Assembly: GCA_963788655.1 (NCBI GenBank)
Contig: CAWBHS010000072.1
Coordinates: forward strand, 288,001-352,000
Length of the DNA: 64,000 bases
From: an uncultured Verrucomicrobiae bacterium
GTDB taxonomy: Bacteria; Verrucomicrobiota; Verrucomicrobiia; Limisphaerales; JAFGQR01
Direction: 5' to 3'
Shown: piece by piece, positions 25,315-35,400 of the stretch
Layout of the letters: each line of letters opens with the position of its first letter
Numbering within the stretch: position 1 is the first letter of the stretch
Notes under the pieces: model-generated
What the model was told of the DNA's origin: nothing
The model's database searches: none
What the model saw: the letters and a program-made list of their open reading frames with translations, nothing else
Made by a program: the position numbers and the translations under genes

Positions 25315-26487
25315 TTATTGAAACAACTGCGGAGCGAACTCATTCAGATACTCGCGCCAGTTGACCCAGGTATGCGCGCCGTCGCTTTCCTTGAAGACCA
25401 CGTCGAATCCGTGCTTTCGCAGCATCTCCACCGTGGCTTGAGACGTCTTGATCAGGAAATCGTCCTTGCCCGTGGCAAACCAGCACCGCTTGAGGCCTGG
25501 CTTCAACTCAGCATTGTCAAGCATGGCCTGATTCTTCTCCTCCCAAGTCGGGCCGCTGGCTGCGTTCGGATTGCGGTTACCACCAAGGCTGAACACGCCT
25601 GAGCTAAATACGCCGAGGTAGGCGAATTGGTCGAGGTGCGCGATGCCGATGTTCAACGTCTGCGCGCCGCCCATGGACAGCCCGGCAATGGCCCGATGCG
25701 CCCGGTCAGTGCGGATCCGGTAACGCTTTTCCACCAGGGGCATGATGTCGTTGACGAAGTCGCGCTCGAATTCATCGCCCGATTGTCGGCGCTGACGCAT
25801 TGAGCCGGTGTGTCCGGCGGGCATGACCACCACCATCGGCTTGGCTTTCTTCGCCGCAATCAGGTTGTCGAGGATGAATCCCGCCCGGCCAACCGTGCTC
25901 CAGGAATCGTCGCAATCGAACGCGCCGTGTAACAGGTAGAAGACGGGGAACGTGCCTGCGCCGGAAGCATAACCAGGCGGCGTATAGACGTGCATCCGCC
26001 GAAAACGTTTGAGCGTCGTCGAATAATAAGTGAGCTCCGCGACCGCGCCGTGCGGCACCTCTTTGGTGTCCATGAAATCGGCGCCCGGCACGTACACGAG
26101 GCTCCAGGTATTTTCGTTGGACTCGCTGGTGGTGGGATTGCGCGGGTCAATCACCGCGACACCGTCCACGTTGAAATGATAGCGGTAGGCGCCGGGGGCG
26201 ATTGGGCCGCAAGTGCCTTCCCACACATCGTTGCTGCCTTTAGTCATTGGCGGTGGCTGAGTCACTGCCTGCAAATCGCCACTGCTCAGGCGGACCGCCT
26301 CCGCCTTGGGCGCGTAAATTCGGAAGGTCAGCTTCCGCTCGGGGGAGATCGCCGGCGACACCACGGACGGTGGCCGTTGATTACGTGCGGATCGGTCCGA
26401 CGGCTGCCCCCACGTGGTGGAAGTGATCGATGAGATGGCGAGCAACGTTGTCGCCCAAATAGAACCGGTAAGGAATCGCGTGTTCAT
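25315..26487 (-). CDS. Secreted CBM48 + CE1-type esterase (acetylxylan/feruloyl esterase-like)
   Basis: Signal peptide, TFRIYAPKA/YRYHFNVDG CBM48 module, VPHG...VYTPPGY...YLLHG, nucleophile motif GLSMGG, GAHTWVNWR. Confidence 0.9.
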   Translation of the reverse strand: MNTRFLTGSIWATTLLAISSITSTTWGQPSDRSARNQRPPSVVSPAISPERKLTFRIYAPKAEAVRLSSGDLQAVTQPPPMTKGSNDVWEGTCGPIAPGAYRYHFNVDGVAVIDPRNPTTSESNENTWSLVYVPGADFMDTKEVPHGAVAELTYYSTTLKRFRRMHVYTPPGYASGAGTFPVFYLLHGAFDCDDSWSTVGRAGFILDNLIAAKKAKPMVVVMPAGHTGSMRQRRQSGDEFERDFVNDIMPLVEKRYRIRTDRAHRAIAGLSMGGAQTLNIGIAHLDQFAYLGVFSSGVFSLGGNRNPNAASGPTWEEKNQAMLDNAELKPGLKRCWFATGKDDFLIKTSQATVEMLRKHGFDVVFKESDGAHTWVNWREYLNEFAPQLFQ

Positions 26488-26499
26488 GGTTTGAATTCG

Positions 26500-26515
26500 T
26501 GCATATCGTGTGCCG
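26500..26515 (-). promoter_or_regulatory. Putative sigma54 promoter, near-leaderless
   Basis: CGGCACACGATATGCA (GG-N10-GC); ATG 26487 follows 13 nt after the GC. Confidence 0.45.
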
Positions 26516-26875
26516 CCACTGTAGGGGAAACGCACGATTTGTCGCGGATAATTTCTCAACCGCCATCGTTTACTGCACTTCAGGTCATCCCCGTTGCTGC
26601 CCGAACAGTGCGGCCGCTGAACCGATCCCTATCCGGCCTCGGCAAGGTTTATGATTCCGACAACAACCTGGTGCCGACATCAGCCGCCGCCTCGGCGCTA
26701 GCCTGCGTGAGGTAGCGCGGGCTTTGGGGTTATCTTCTGGCGGCTGTTTTCTACTGACTCGCCGGCGCCAACCGGCTAGGCTGGGCGCATGATACGGCGA
26801 AAGCACAATGTCCGCTGTAAACTTCGCAGTCACTGCGTTGCCCGCGCAACTCACCCGCTTAATTCTTAACGACCT

Positions 26876-28366
26876 ATGATGACTCCTCTTCTGCCCCAAG
26901 TAACCCAGTTCCTTTCCTCCCAACCACTGAAGTTGTTTATCGGCGGCGAATGGACTGATGCCACCGGCGGCGCCACGCTCGAAACCTGCGATCCTGGCGA
27001 CGGCAACGTCCTTGCCAAGGTGGCCACCGGTGACCCAGCGGACATTGACCGCGCCGTGCAGGCCGCGCATGCCGCCTTCTTGAACAGTGGCTGGGCCACG
27101 ATGCCCGCCAATGATCGCGCCGTCATTTTGCACCGCTTGGCCGACCTGGTGGATAAGCAGCGGGATGTCCTCGCCCAAATCGAAGCGTTGGACGTGGGCA
27201 AGCCGCTGGCCGACGCGGCGGGCTTCGACATCCCGAACGTGGCGCAAACGCTGCGTTGGTATGCGGACCTATCCGTTCACGCGCGCCGGCGCGAACCCAT
27301 CGCCGTGGCGAATTATGAAGCCCGGCAGGTCCGGCTGCCTTACGGTGTTTGCGCGTTCATTTTCCCGTGGAATTTCCCATTGCTGCTGGTCGGGTGGGGC
27401 ATTTCTCCGGCACTGGCCGCCGGTAACACCGTGGTGATCAAACCCGCCGAGGACACGCCGTTATCGACTTTGTATTTCTGCCAACTGGCCGAGCAAGCCG
27501 GCGTGCCCAAGGGGGTGATCAACGTCGTCACCGGTTACGGTGAAACCGCCGGTGCGGCGCTGGCGCAGCATCCGGGCATCAAACGCATGTCGTTCACCGG
27601 TTCGCCCGAAGTGGGTAAATTGATCGCCGAAGCGTGCGGTCGCAATCTCGTACCGGCCAAACTCGAGCTCGGCGGCAAAGGCGCTGCGGTGGTGTTCGAC
27701 GACGTGGACGTGAAAGCCACTGCCCAGGCTTTGGCCGCCGCCGTCACCGCCAACACGGGGCAGGTTTGTTGCACGGCCACGCGTTGGCTGATCCACGAAA
27801 AGATTTTCGACGCGTTTGTCGAGCAAGCAACGTCGGCCTTGAAGGAGCGGAAGATTGGTCACGGCTTGGACGATCAAACCCAAATGGGCCCGCTGGTCAG
27901 CGAGAAACAACGCCGGCGCGTACTGGGCTATCTTGAACGCGGCGAACAGGAACAAGCCAAACCATTGCTGCCCGGCGGTGCGACCACTGTCACCGGGCAT
28001 GAAGGAGGGTTCTACGTGAAGCCGGCATTGCTTTCCGGTTCACCGGATAACGTCTGCGCGCGCGAAGAAATCTTCGGGCCGGTCGCCTACCTGATGCCGT
28101 TCAAAGCGGAAACTGACGCGGTGGCGCTGGTGAATCGCTCCACCTACGGCCTGGCGAACAGCGTGTGGAGCCAGAACCTCCACCGCGCCAATCGCGTGGC
28201 CGAAGCCTTGGTGGCCGGCAACAGTTGGATCAACGGTCACAATCTGTTTCCCCACGGCGTGCCCTACGGTGGGTGCAATCTCAGCGGTTGCGGCGGCGGG
28301 GTGCTGGGACCGGAGACGTATCTGGATTATCTTCGAGCCCAGTCGGTGGTCCGGCCGATACAGTAA
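26876..28366 (+). CDS. NAD(P)-dependent aldehyde dehydrogenase
   Basis: PWNFP, KPAEDTP, FTGSPEVG, LELGGK, catalytic GQVCC, EEIFGPV, YGLA. Confidence 0.95.
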   Translation: MMTPLLPQVTQFLSSQPLKLFIGGEWTDATGGATLETCDPGDGNVLAKVATGDPADIDRAVQAAHAAFLNSGWATMPANDRAVILHRLADLVDKQRDVLAQIEALDVGKPLADAAGFDIPNVAQTLRWYADLSVHARRREPIAVANYEARQVRLPYGVCAFIFPWNFPLLLVGWGISPALAAGNTVVIKPAEDTPLSTLYFCQLAEQAGVPKGVINVVTGYGETAGAALAQHPGIKRMSFTGSPEVGKLIAEACGRNLVPAKLELGGKGAAVVFDDVDVKATAQALAAAVTANTGQVCCTATRWLIHEKIFDAFVEQATSALKERKIGHGLDDQTQMGPLVSEKQRRRVLGYLERGEQEQAKPLLPGGATTVTGHEGGFYVKPALLSGSPDNVCAREEIFGPVAYLMPFKAETDAVALVNRSTYGLANSVWSQNLHRANRVAEALVAGNSWINGHNLFPHGVPYGGCNLSGCGGGVLGPETYLDYLRAQSVVRPIQ

Positions 28367-28457
28367 AGCTTCCGGTAATAAGAGGCTTGAAAGAATGAAG
28401 GCAGTGAGAGCAGCCATGGCTCCCTCAATGGATGCTGGAAGAAACCTACGAGGTGCG

Positions 28458-30346
28458 ATGAACTGGACCACATGCTTGGCAATCATCCTCGCGAGCATTG
28501 GTCTGGTCCTCGTATGCGGTGGCTGCAACAAACAGGAATCCAAACTGAGCCAGCTCAAGACCAAAGCCACTCAAGGCGATGCCGAGGCGCAATTCCAGCT
28601 TGGGAAGATTTATGACGACGGTCGGCTCGTTCCCAAGGATGGTATCCAGGCCTTTACTTGCTACCGCCAGGCCGCCGAACAAGGGCACGCGGAGGCGCAG
28701 TTTCGCGTGGCGTCCATGTATGCCAGCGGTTACGGCGTAACCCTGGACGAGCCGAATCATTGAAGTGGATGCGCCGGGCCGCCGAGAACGGCGTGACCAA
28801 AGCGCAATACAACCTGGGCGTTGACTTTTATCACGGGCGTGGCACCGCCAAAGATTTCAGCCAGGCCTTTAAGTGGTTTCAGAAAGCTTCGGCCAAAGGC
28901 GACCCCGACGCCCAAGCCAATTTGGGCAGCATGTATGCCGATGGTGAAGGCGTGGAGAAGAATCTCCAAAAGGCGCTGCCATGGTTTCAGCGTGCCGCTG
29001 ATCAAGGGCAGCCGGCGGCGCAGAACAACCTTGGACAACTTTATTTCAGTGGTGAAGCCGTCGCGACGAATCCGGTGGAGGCAGTGAAATGGTTCCGCAA
29101 AGCTGCGGAGCAGGGATTTGCGGTCGGACAATACAATCTGGGGACGGCCTATCACGAAGGCACCGGCGTGGAAAAGAATGATCAGACCGCGGTGGAATGG
29201 TTCCGCCGGGCCGCAAAGCAAAATCTGCCGCAGGCACAATACGCGCTGGCGGGCCTCTACCGCCGCGGCGAAGGGGTATCCGAGGACAGCCGCGAATCCT
29301 TTCAATGGCTCAAGCAGGCCGCCGCCCAGAATTTCGCGCCCGCCCAATTGAAACTGGGAATGAGTTACCTGGTAGGCGACGGCACCACTACAAATCTGGA
29401 TGAAGCCATCCGGTGGCTTCGCCGGGCCGCCGGGCAGAATGAGGCCGAAGCGCAGGGCACCCTCGCCTTCCTGTATTGTGAAGGAAAAGTGGTCGCACAA
29501 GACATGAATGAAGCCTTGAAATGGTTTCACCAAGCCGCCGATGCGGGCAACGCGGAGGCCGAACGTAATTTGGGGATTCTGTACCAGAAGGGTCAAGGAG
29601 TTGAAAAAGATCTGGTCGAGGCGACCAAGTGGTTTCGTCGCGCGGCTGAGCAAGGCGATCCCCAAGCCCAAAATCATCTGGCGAACCTCTACGAAAATGG
29701 AACCGGCGTGGAGAAGGATATTCAGGCCGCCATCAAGTGGTATCGTCAGGCGGCCGAGCAAGGGGATGCTGTCGCTCAAAACAACTTGGGCGCCATCTTT
29801 GGCAAGGGCGAAGACGTAGCCAAAGATCCACAACAAGCGCTCTTCTGGTATCGCAAAGCAGCGGACCAAGGCGTCGCCATGTCGCAATACAACATCGCTG
29901 AACTGTATGCCAACGGAAGCGGCGTGACCCAGGATATTGCGCAAGCCATCCAGTGGTACAAGCAAGCCGCCGAACAAGATTTCATCATGGCCCAAAACGT
30001 CCTGGCCAAGTTGTATTACCAGGGCGAGCGCGTCCCTAAAGACGAACAGCAGGCTGCCTATTGGTTCCAGCGGGCGGCTGAACATGGAGACGCCAATTCC
30101 CAAAATCTGCTCGGTTTGCTGTACGCCATGGGAGAAGGCGTGGAAACCAATTACGTCGAGGCCTATAAGTGGCTGGACATCGCCGCCGCCAACGGCCACC
30201 CCCATGCGTTGGCCAGCCGGGCGAAGGTTTCCTTGCAAATGGACCCGGACCAACTTCGGGAAGCCCGGCAACGCGCCAGAGAATTTCTGGACCGACAGCC
30301 GACCAATGCGCCGCCGGCTCCAGGGAAAGCCAAGCCAACTCCGTGA
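28458..30346 (+). CDS. Sel1-repeat lipoprotein (15 repeats counted; frameshift near 28750)
   Basis: Hydrophobic signal ending VCGGC (lipobox-like); 36-aa AQxxLGxxYxxGxGVxKDxxxAxxWxxxAAxQG repeats. Confidence 0.92.
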
Positions 30347-30479
30347 GTAAAGCGCGACCCCTGGCAATCACTCAGAGTCGCCACCACTCCACCCCGGACC
30401 GCCACCAAAAACAGCCATACGTTTTGCTGGCCTTCTTGGGGCGAGGGCCAGATGATCCGCTGCCAAGCGTTAGCTTATT

Positions 30480-31949
30480 ATGTTCATAATGATGATAACG
30501 CCGGAGTGCGCTCCGGCAGCGAAGGTCGGCGGTCTGGCGGATGTGATCCACGGCCTGTCGCAGGAATTGGCCATCCGCGGCCATGCGGTGGAGATCATTC
30601 TGCCCAAGTACGACTGTATGCGGTACGACCGCATCCACGGTCTGGTGAAGACGTACAGTGACCTGTGGGTGCCGTACCATAACCAGTGGATTCACTGCGA
30701 CGTGTACTTCGGGTATGTGGACAGCTTGAAATGTTTCTTTATCGATCCGCACTCAGCCCACAACTTCTTCAATCGCGGCGCGTGTTACGGCCTCAAAGAT
30801 GACACGGAACGTTTCGCGTTTTTCTGCCGGGCCGCGTTGGAGTTCATGCTCAAGACCAACAAGCATCCGGACATCATTCATTGCCACGACTGGCAAACCG
30901 GCCTGGTTCCTGTGCTCCTCTATGAAACGTACCAGCAGTTGGGGATGACGCATCCACGGGTTTGCTACACGCTGCACAACCTCGGGCACCAGGGCATCCA
31001 CGGCGAGAAGATCCTCCGGCAGGTCGGCCTGAATCCCGGACCCCTCATGACCCCCGAACGCTTGTTGGACGACCGTCGGCCCGGCGCCATCAACTTGATG
31101 AAAGGCGGGATCGTCTATTCAAATTTTGTAACCACCGTTTCGCCCCGTTACGCGTCCGAAATTCATCACAGCCACTTGGGCATGGGGCTCCAGCGGATCC
31201 TGCACGTCCACCAGCAGAAATTCGGCGGCATCCTGAACGGCGTGGACTACACCGCGTGGAACCCGGAGATCGACGGCCACATTGCCCACCGTTATGGCCT
31301 GGGCAATTTGCAGGACAAATACCACAACAAGGGAGCCCTGCGCGCCCGGCTCTGGCTGCGCCACGATTTTAAACCGATCGTTTCCTTTGTCGGCCGGCTG
31401 GATTACCAGAAAGGGGTTGGTCTCATTCTGCAAGCAGTGCCCTATTGCTTGCAGCACGGTTGCCAGGTGGTCGTTTTGGGTTCGAGCCCGCATCGGAGCG
31501 TCAACGACGCCTTTTGGGGCCTCAAGCGGATGTTTAATAACCATCCCGATTGTCATTTGGAAATCGGGTACCACGAGGATTTGGCCCATTTGATTTATGC
31601 CGGTTCGGACCTGATCCTGGTGCCCAGCGAATACGAGCCGTGCGGTTTGACGCAGATCATTGGTTTGCGCTACGGCACCGTGCCGGTCGTGCGCAATACG
31701 GGTGGCCTGGCAGATACGGTTTTCGATGCCAACTACTCCCACCGGCCGTATCACGAACGGACGGGTTTTGTCTTCAACGACTACAATTGGCCCGGCCTGG
31801 AATCCGCGCTCAGCCGCGCCATCGGCTTGTGGTACAATTATCCGCAATATTTTCGAGAACTGATGGCCAACGGTATGCGTTACGATTTTTCCTGGAATTA
31901 CCCCGGCACGCATTACTTGAACGTGTATAATTACATCAAAGCGCCTTAG
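30480..31949 (+). CDS. glgA: ADP-glucose glycogen/starch synthase (GT5), GlgA2/SSIII-IV type
   Basis: ECAPAAKVGGLAD, PKYDCMRYD, IHCHDWQTG, TLHN, GILNGVD, GRLDYQKG, PSEYEPCGLTQ, TGGLADT. Confidence 0.95.
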   Translation: MFIMMITPECAPAAKVGGLADVIHGLSQELAIRGHAVEIILPKYDCMRYDRIHGLVKTYSDLWVPYHNQWIHCDVYFGYVDSLKCFFIDPHSAHNFFNRGACYGLKDDTERFAFFCRAALEFMLKTNKHPDIIHCHDWQTGLVPVLLYETYQQLGMTHPRVCYTLHNLGHQGIHGEKILRQVGLNPGPLMTPERLLDDRRPGAINLMKGGIVYSNFVTTVSPRYASEIHHSHLGMGLQRILHVHQQKFGGILNGVDYTAWNPEIDGHIAHRYGLGNLQDKYHNKGALRARLWLRHDFKPIVSFVGRLDYQKGVGLILQAVPYCLQHGCQVVVLGSSPHRSVNDAFWGLKRMFNNHPDCHLEIGYHEDLAHLIYAGSDLILVPSEYEPCGLTQIIGLRYGTVPVVRNTGGLADTVFDANYSHRPYHERTGFVFNDYNWPGLESALSRAIGLWYNYPQYFRELMANGMRYDFSWNYPGTHYLNVYNYIKAP

Positions 31950-31998
31950 GCGCCGGTATCAAGTGGCGGTGGCACCTTGTTGCCGCCGGGATGTGATA

Positions 31999-32138
31999 AA
32001 TGACCAATGTGCAATGACCAATGACCAGAGAATGCCCGATGACCAATGACCAGTTGGCCCGGGAAGGGTCGCCGGATTTCAAGGTGGAGCTTGGACATTG
32101 GTCCTTCCTTGGTGCTTGGGCATTGGCTATTGGGCCAT
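31999..32138. repeat. Inverted heptamer-array element, copy 2
   Basis: AATGACCAATGTGCAATGACCAATGACC...ATGACCAATGACC ... TTGGACATTGGTCC...TTGGGCATTGGCTATTGGGCCAT. Confidence 0.75.
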
Positions 32139-32180
32139 CCGGGTTTTTCGAGTCTTGGCGCCAGCCGGCGCGCAAGACCC

Positions 32181-32395
32181 GTCGAGCGTTGCCTTCCCCC
32201 TCACCCCGACCCTCTCCCTTGGGGAGAGGGAGCCCGTTCGCCGCGGACGGGAGCCCGCGGATGGCACTCAGACCTTCGAGACCGCTTTGCACAAAAGTCG
32301 AAGGGGCGGTCAATGCCACGGGCAGGTTCATATCAAATCGCAGCACCGCTGGCTGTTCCCTCTCCCTGAGGGAGAGGGTTAGGGTGAGGGGGAAC
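32181..32395. repeat. CCCTCACCCC/GGGAGAGGG REPIN, copy 1
   Basis: CCCCTCACCCCGACCCTCTCCCTTGGGGAGAGGG ... CCCTCTCCCTGAGGGAGAGGGTTAGGGTGAGGGG; collinear with 36141-36353. Confidence 0.85.
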
Positions 32396-32492
32396 CAGGC
32401 TCCCTTGGTCCAAATGGCCGTCAGGAAATTCAGCGGGTGGTCAAGCCTGGCGCGAAGCCGAAGGCTTCCCCCAACCAGCTCAGTAACAATCG

Positions 32493-35400
32493 ATGAACAT
32501 GGATAGTAGTTCGGGCAAAGTCGCAACAAAGGAATCGAGCGAGACGCAGACGGCTGCACACAATAGTCGCTCGAAAAACACCGCCACCATCACCACCCAG
32601 AGCGGGCTCGATTTGCAGGTGGAGACGTTGGCCCGCCAGGGCCAACTCGAAGTTTCGCTCCACGCGCCTGCCGGCAAACGTTGCGTTTTGCACTGGGGCG
32701 TTCGGCGCCAAATGCAGCAGGACTGGGCCGCGCCGCCGCAGTCGGTGTGGCCGCCGGACACGCAGCCAATGGGAGTGACCGCGGTGCAAACACCGTTCGC
32801 CAAACAGAATGGCCAGCTCGGCATCGACATTCGCATGGACCTTGCTGCGGACTACGCCTCGCTGGATTTTGTGATCTTCTTTCCGGACGAAAAGCGCTGG
32901 GACAACAACGGCGGCCGCAATTATCAGGTGGCTCTGACCAAGTCCAAACCGACGACCGATCCGCAGGCAGTCTTGCGGGCACGGTTGGGCGAAGAGGAAT
33001 TGCTTTTTGAACGCGCGTTCGATCTTGGCAACCAAGCAAAACTCGCGGTGGCCGTGGTCCGCACCGAGCAACAATATCGCTTCGAGGCGCTCACCAATCT
33101 CGGCGGACCGTTGCTGTTGCATTGGGGCATTGCGCGTCGGTCCCCGCGCGAGTGGCTGCTGCCGCCGGAGTCGATGCGCAATCACGTGACGACTGGCTTT
33201 GACGATCACGCGGTGCAAACACCCTTCGAAACGCAGGAAGGTTTCAACGCGCTCGCGCTCGCCGTCGCCGAGTCCGATGCGCCCCTGGGTTTGAATTTCG
33301 TGCTCAAACAAAACACGCCCGAGGGACGCTGGCTCAAGCATCGCGGCGGCAATTTCTACGTGCCGATCCACCAGGCCGCGACACAAGCCGGCGGCCAGGG
33401 TCTGGGCGAACTGGCTGGCCTGGCGGATGAAATCATCCAGGCCGAGACGGGACACAATTCCTGGACGTTGATGCATCGGTTCAATCTTTGTTACGACCTA
33501 TTGGACCGGGTCCAGCACAGTGTTGAAGGACAGGCGCTGCTTTATGTATGGCTGCGGTTCTCGGCCATTCGCCAGTTAACCTGGCAACGCAATTACAACA
33601 CCCAGCCACGCGAATTGGCGCACGCGCAAGACCGCCTGACGCAGAAGTTGGCCAACGTCTTTCGCAGCGAACCGGAAACGCGCCCGTTGGTTCGTTTGGC
33701 CCTGGCCACGGTGGGCCGCGGCGGTGACGGACAACGGGTGCGCGACGAAATCCTGCACATCATGCACCGGCACAACATCAAGGAAGTGACCGGCCATTTT
33801 CTCGAAGAATGGCACCAGAAGCTGCACAACAACACCACGCCCGACGACGTGGTGATTTGCGAAGCCTATCTCGAATTCCTTTACAGCAACGGCAATCGCG
33901 ACCGCTTCTATCAGACCCTGGAAAACGGCGGCGTGACCAAGCAGCGGTTGGAGAGCTTCGAACGGCCCATCCGGACCGAGCCGCAATTCGCCGGTCACCT
34001 CAAAGACGCGCTGATTCCTGACTTCCAGAATTTCTTGCGCGTGCTCAAATCCGTTCATTCCGGAACCGATTTCGAAACCGCCGTCAATGCCGCGCGCGGC
34101 CAGTTGGATGGCGACCTGCAAGGACTGCTGCACTACCTGGGCGAACACCGCAACGATCCGCCCGAGGGCGTGGTGAACTTGGTGAACCAAATCACCGACG
34201 CGCGGCGCCGCTTGTCCAATCGGCTGAACCAGGACGGCGGCTTGCGCGAATTACTCTACCTCGATCTGGCCCTGGAACAACTGCTGCGTGTGTCCGTGGA
34301 ACGGCATGTCCACTTGCGCTTCAATGGCGATCAGTTGGTCGATCTCATTGCCCGCGCGCTGGAGAACGTAACGCTGACTTACGAAGATCCCGAACTGGCT
34401 GCCTGTGCGCGTCACTGGGAACGATTGCAAGGCCTGCCACGCTTCAATGCCGATTGGGCGTTGCACGCCAAGTCCGTCGGTGACCGCATCGCGCGCGCTT
34501 TGACCACTTGGATTGATCGTTTCTATCAACTGCTCCAACCCAAGGCCGAATATCTCGGTGCCGGATTCCAGGCCGAGCCGTGGACGATCACGCTCTTCAG
34601 CGAAGAAGTGGTGCGCGGAAGCAGCCTGGGCTTCGTGGTGTCCATGCTGTTGCACCGCCTGGACCCGCTCTTGCGCAAGGCCGCCAACATCGGCGCCTGG
34701 CGCATCATCAGCCGCGGCGGCGGGGGCGGTCAAATTGAAGTGGTGGACAAGTTGGGCTCGATTCAAAACCAGCGCTTTGACAAACCCACCGTCGTTGTGA
34801 CGGACAAAGTGATGGGCGACGAAGAACTGCCCGACGGGGTCACCGCAGTCATCGCTCCGGACGTGACCGATATCGTGTCGCACGTGGCGGTGCGGGCGCG
34901 CAACTCGAATGTCCTGTTTGCATCCTGCCATGATCCGGAAATGTTGGCGCACTTGAAGTCGCTTCGCGGGCATCATGTTCATCTGACGGTCAATCCGGCC
35001 GGCGACGTGATCGTGCAGGAAACCGAGGCGGATGCGCCGGCGGCTGCGATCGAGTCGGTTCAGGAACGAATTTCACTCACGCCACGACAGTTCACGAAAT
35101 ACGCCATTACGCATGAAGAATTCCGCGAGGAACTCGTGGGGGGCAAGTCATGTCACCAGGCAGAACTGCGCGGCAAGTTGTCCGATTGGATTCATCTCCC
35201 GGCCTCGGCGGCGATTCCCTTCGGCGTCTTTGAAAAGGTATTGGGGTTACCCGCCAACCAGGAGTTGGCCAGGCGTTGCCAGGAGTTAACTCGACAAGCG
35301 GAAACCGGCAACACCGAAGCACTGGCCGACCTGCGGCGAACAGTTCTCCAATTGACCGCCCCCGACGAATTGCCGGACACCTTGCGCCAAGGCATGACCA

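Noticed and set aside
31970..31985. TGGCACCTTGTTGC as a sigma54 promoter for GWD
   Set aside because: GG-to-GC spacing is 9 nt rather than the required 10.
31936..32559. ORFs of 94-207 aa between glgA and GWD (also 36013..36384 and 43643..43941)
   Set aside because: Translations of REP and heptamer repeats (PLTPTLS, PSPRPSP, WSLVIGH).
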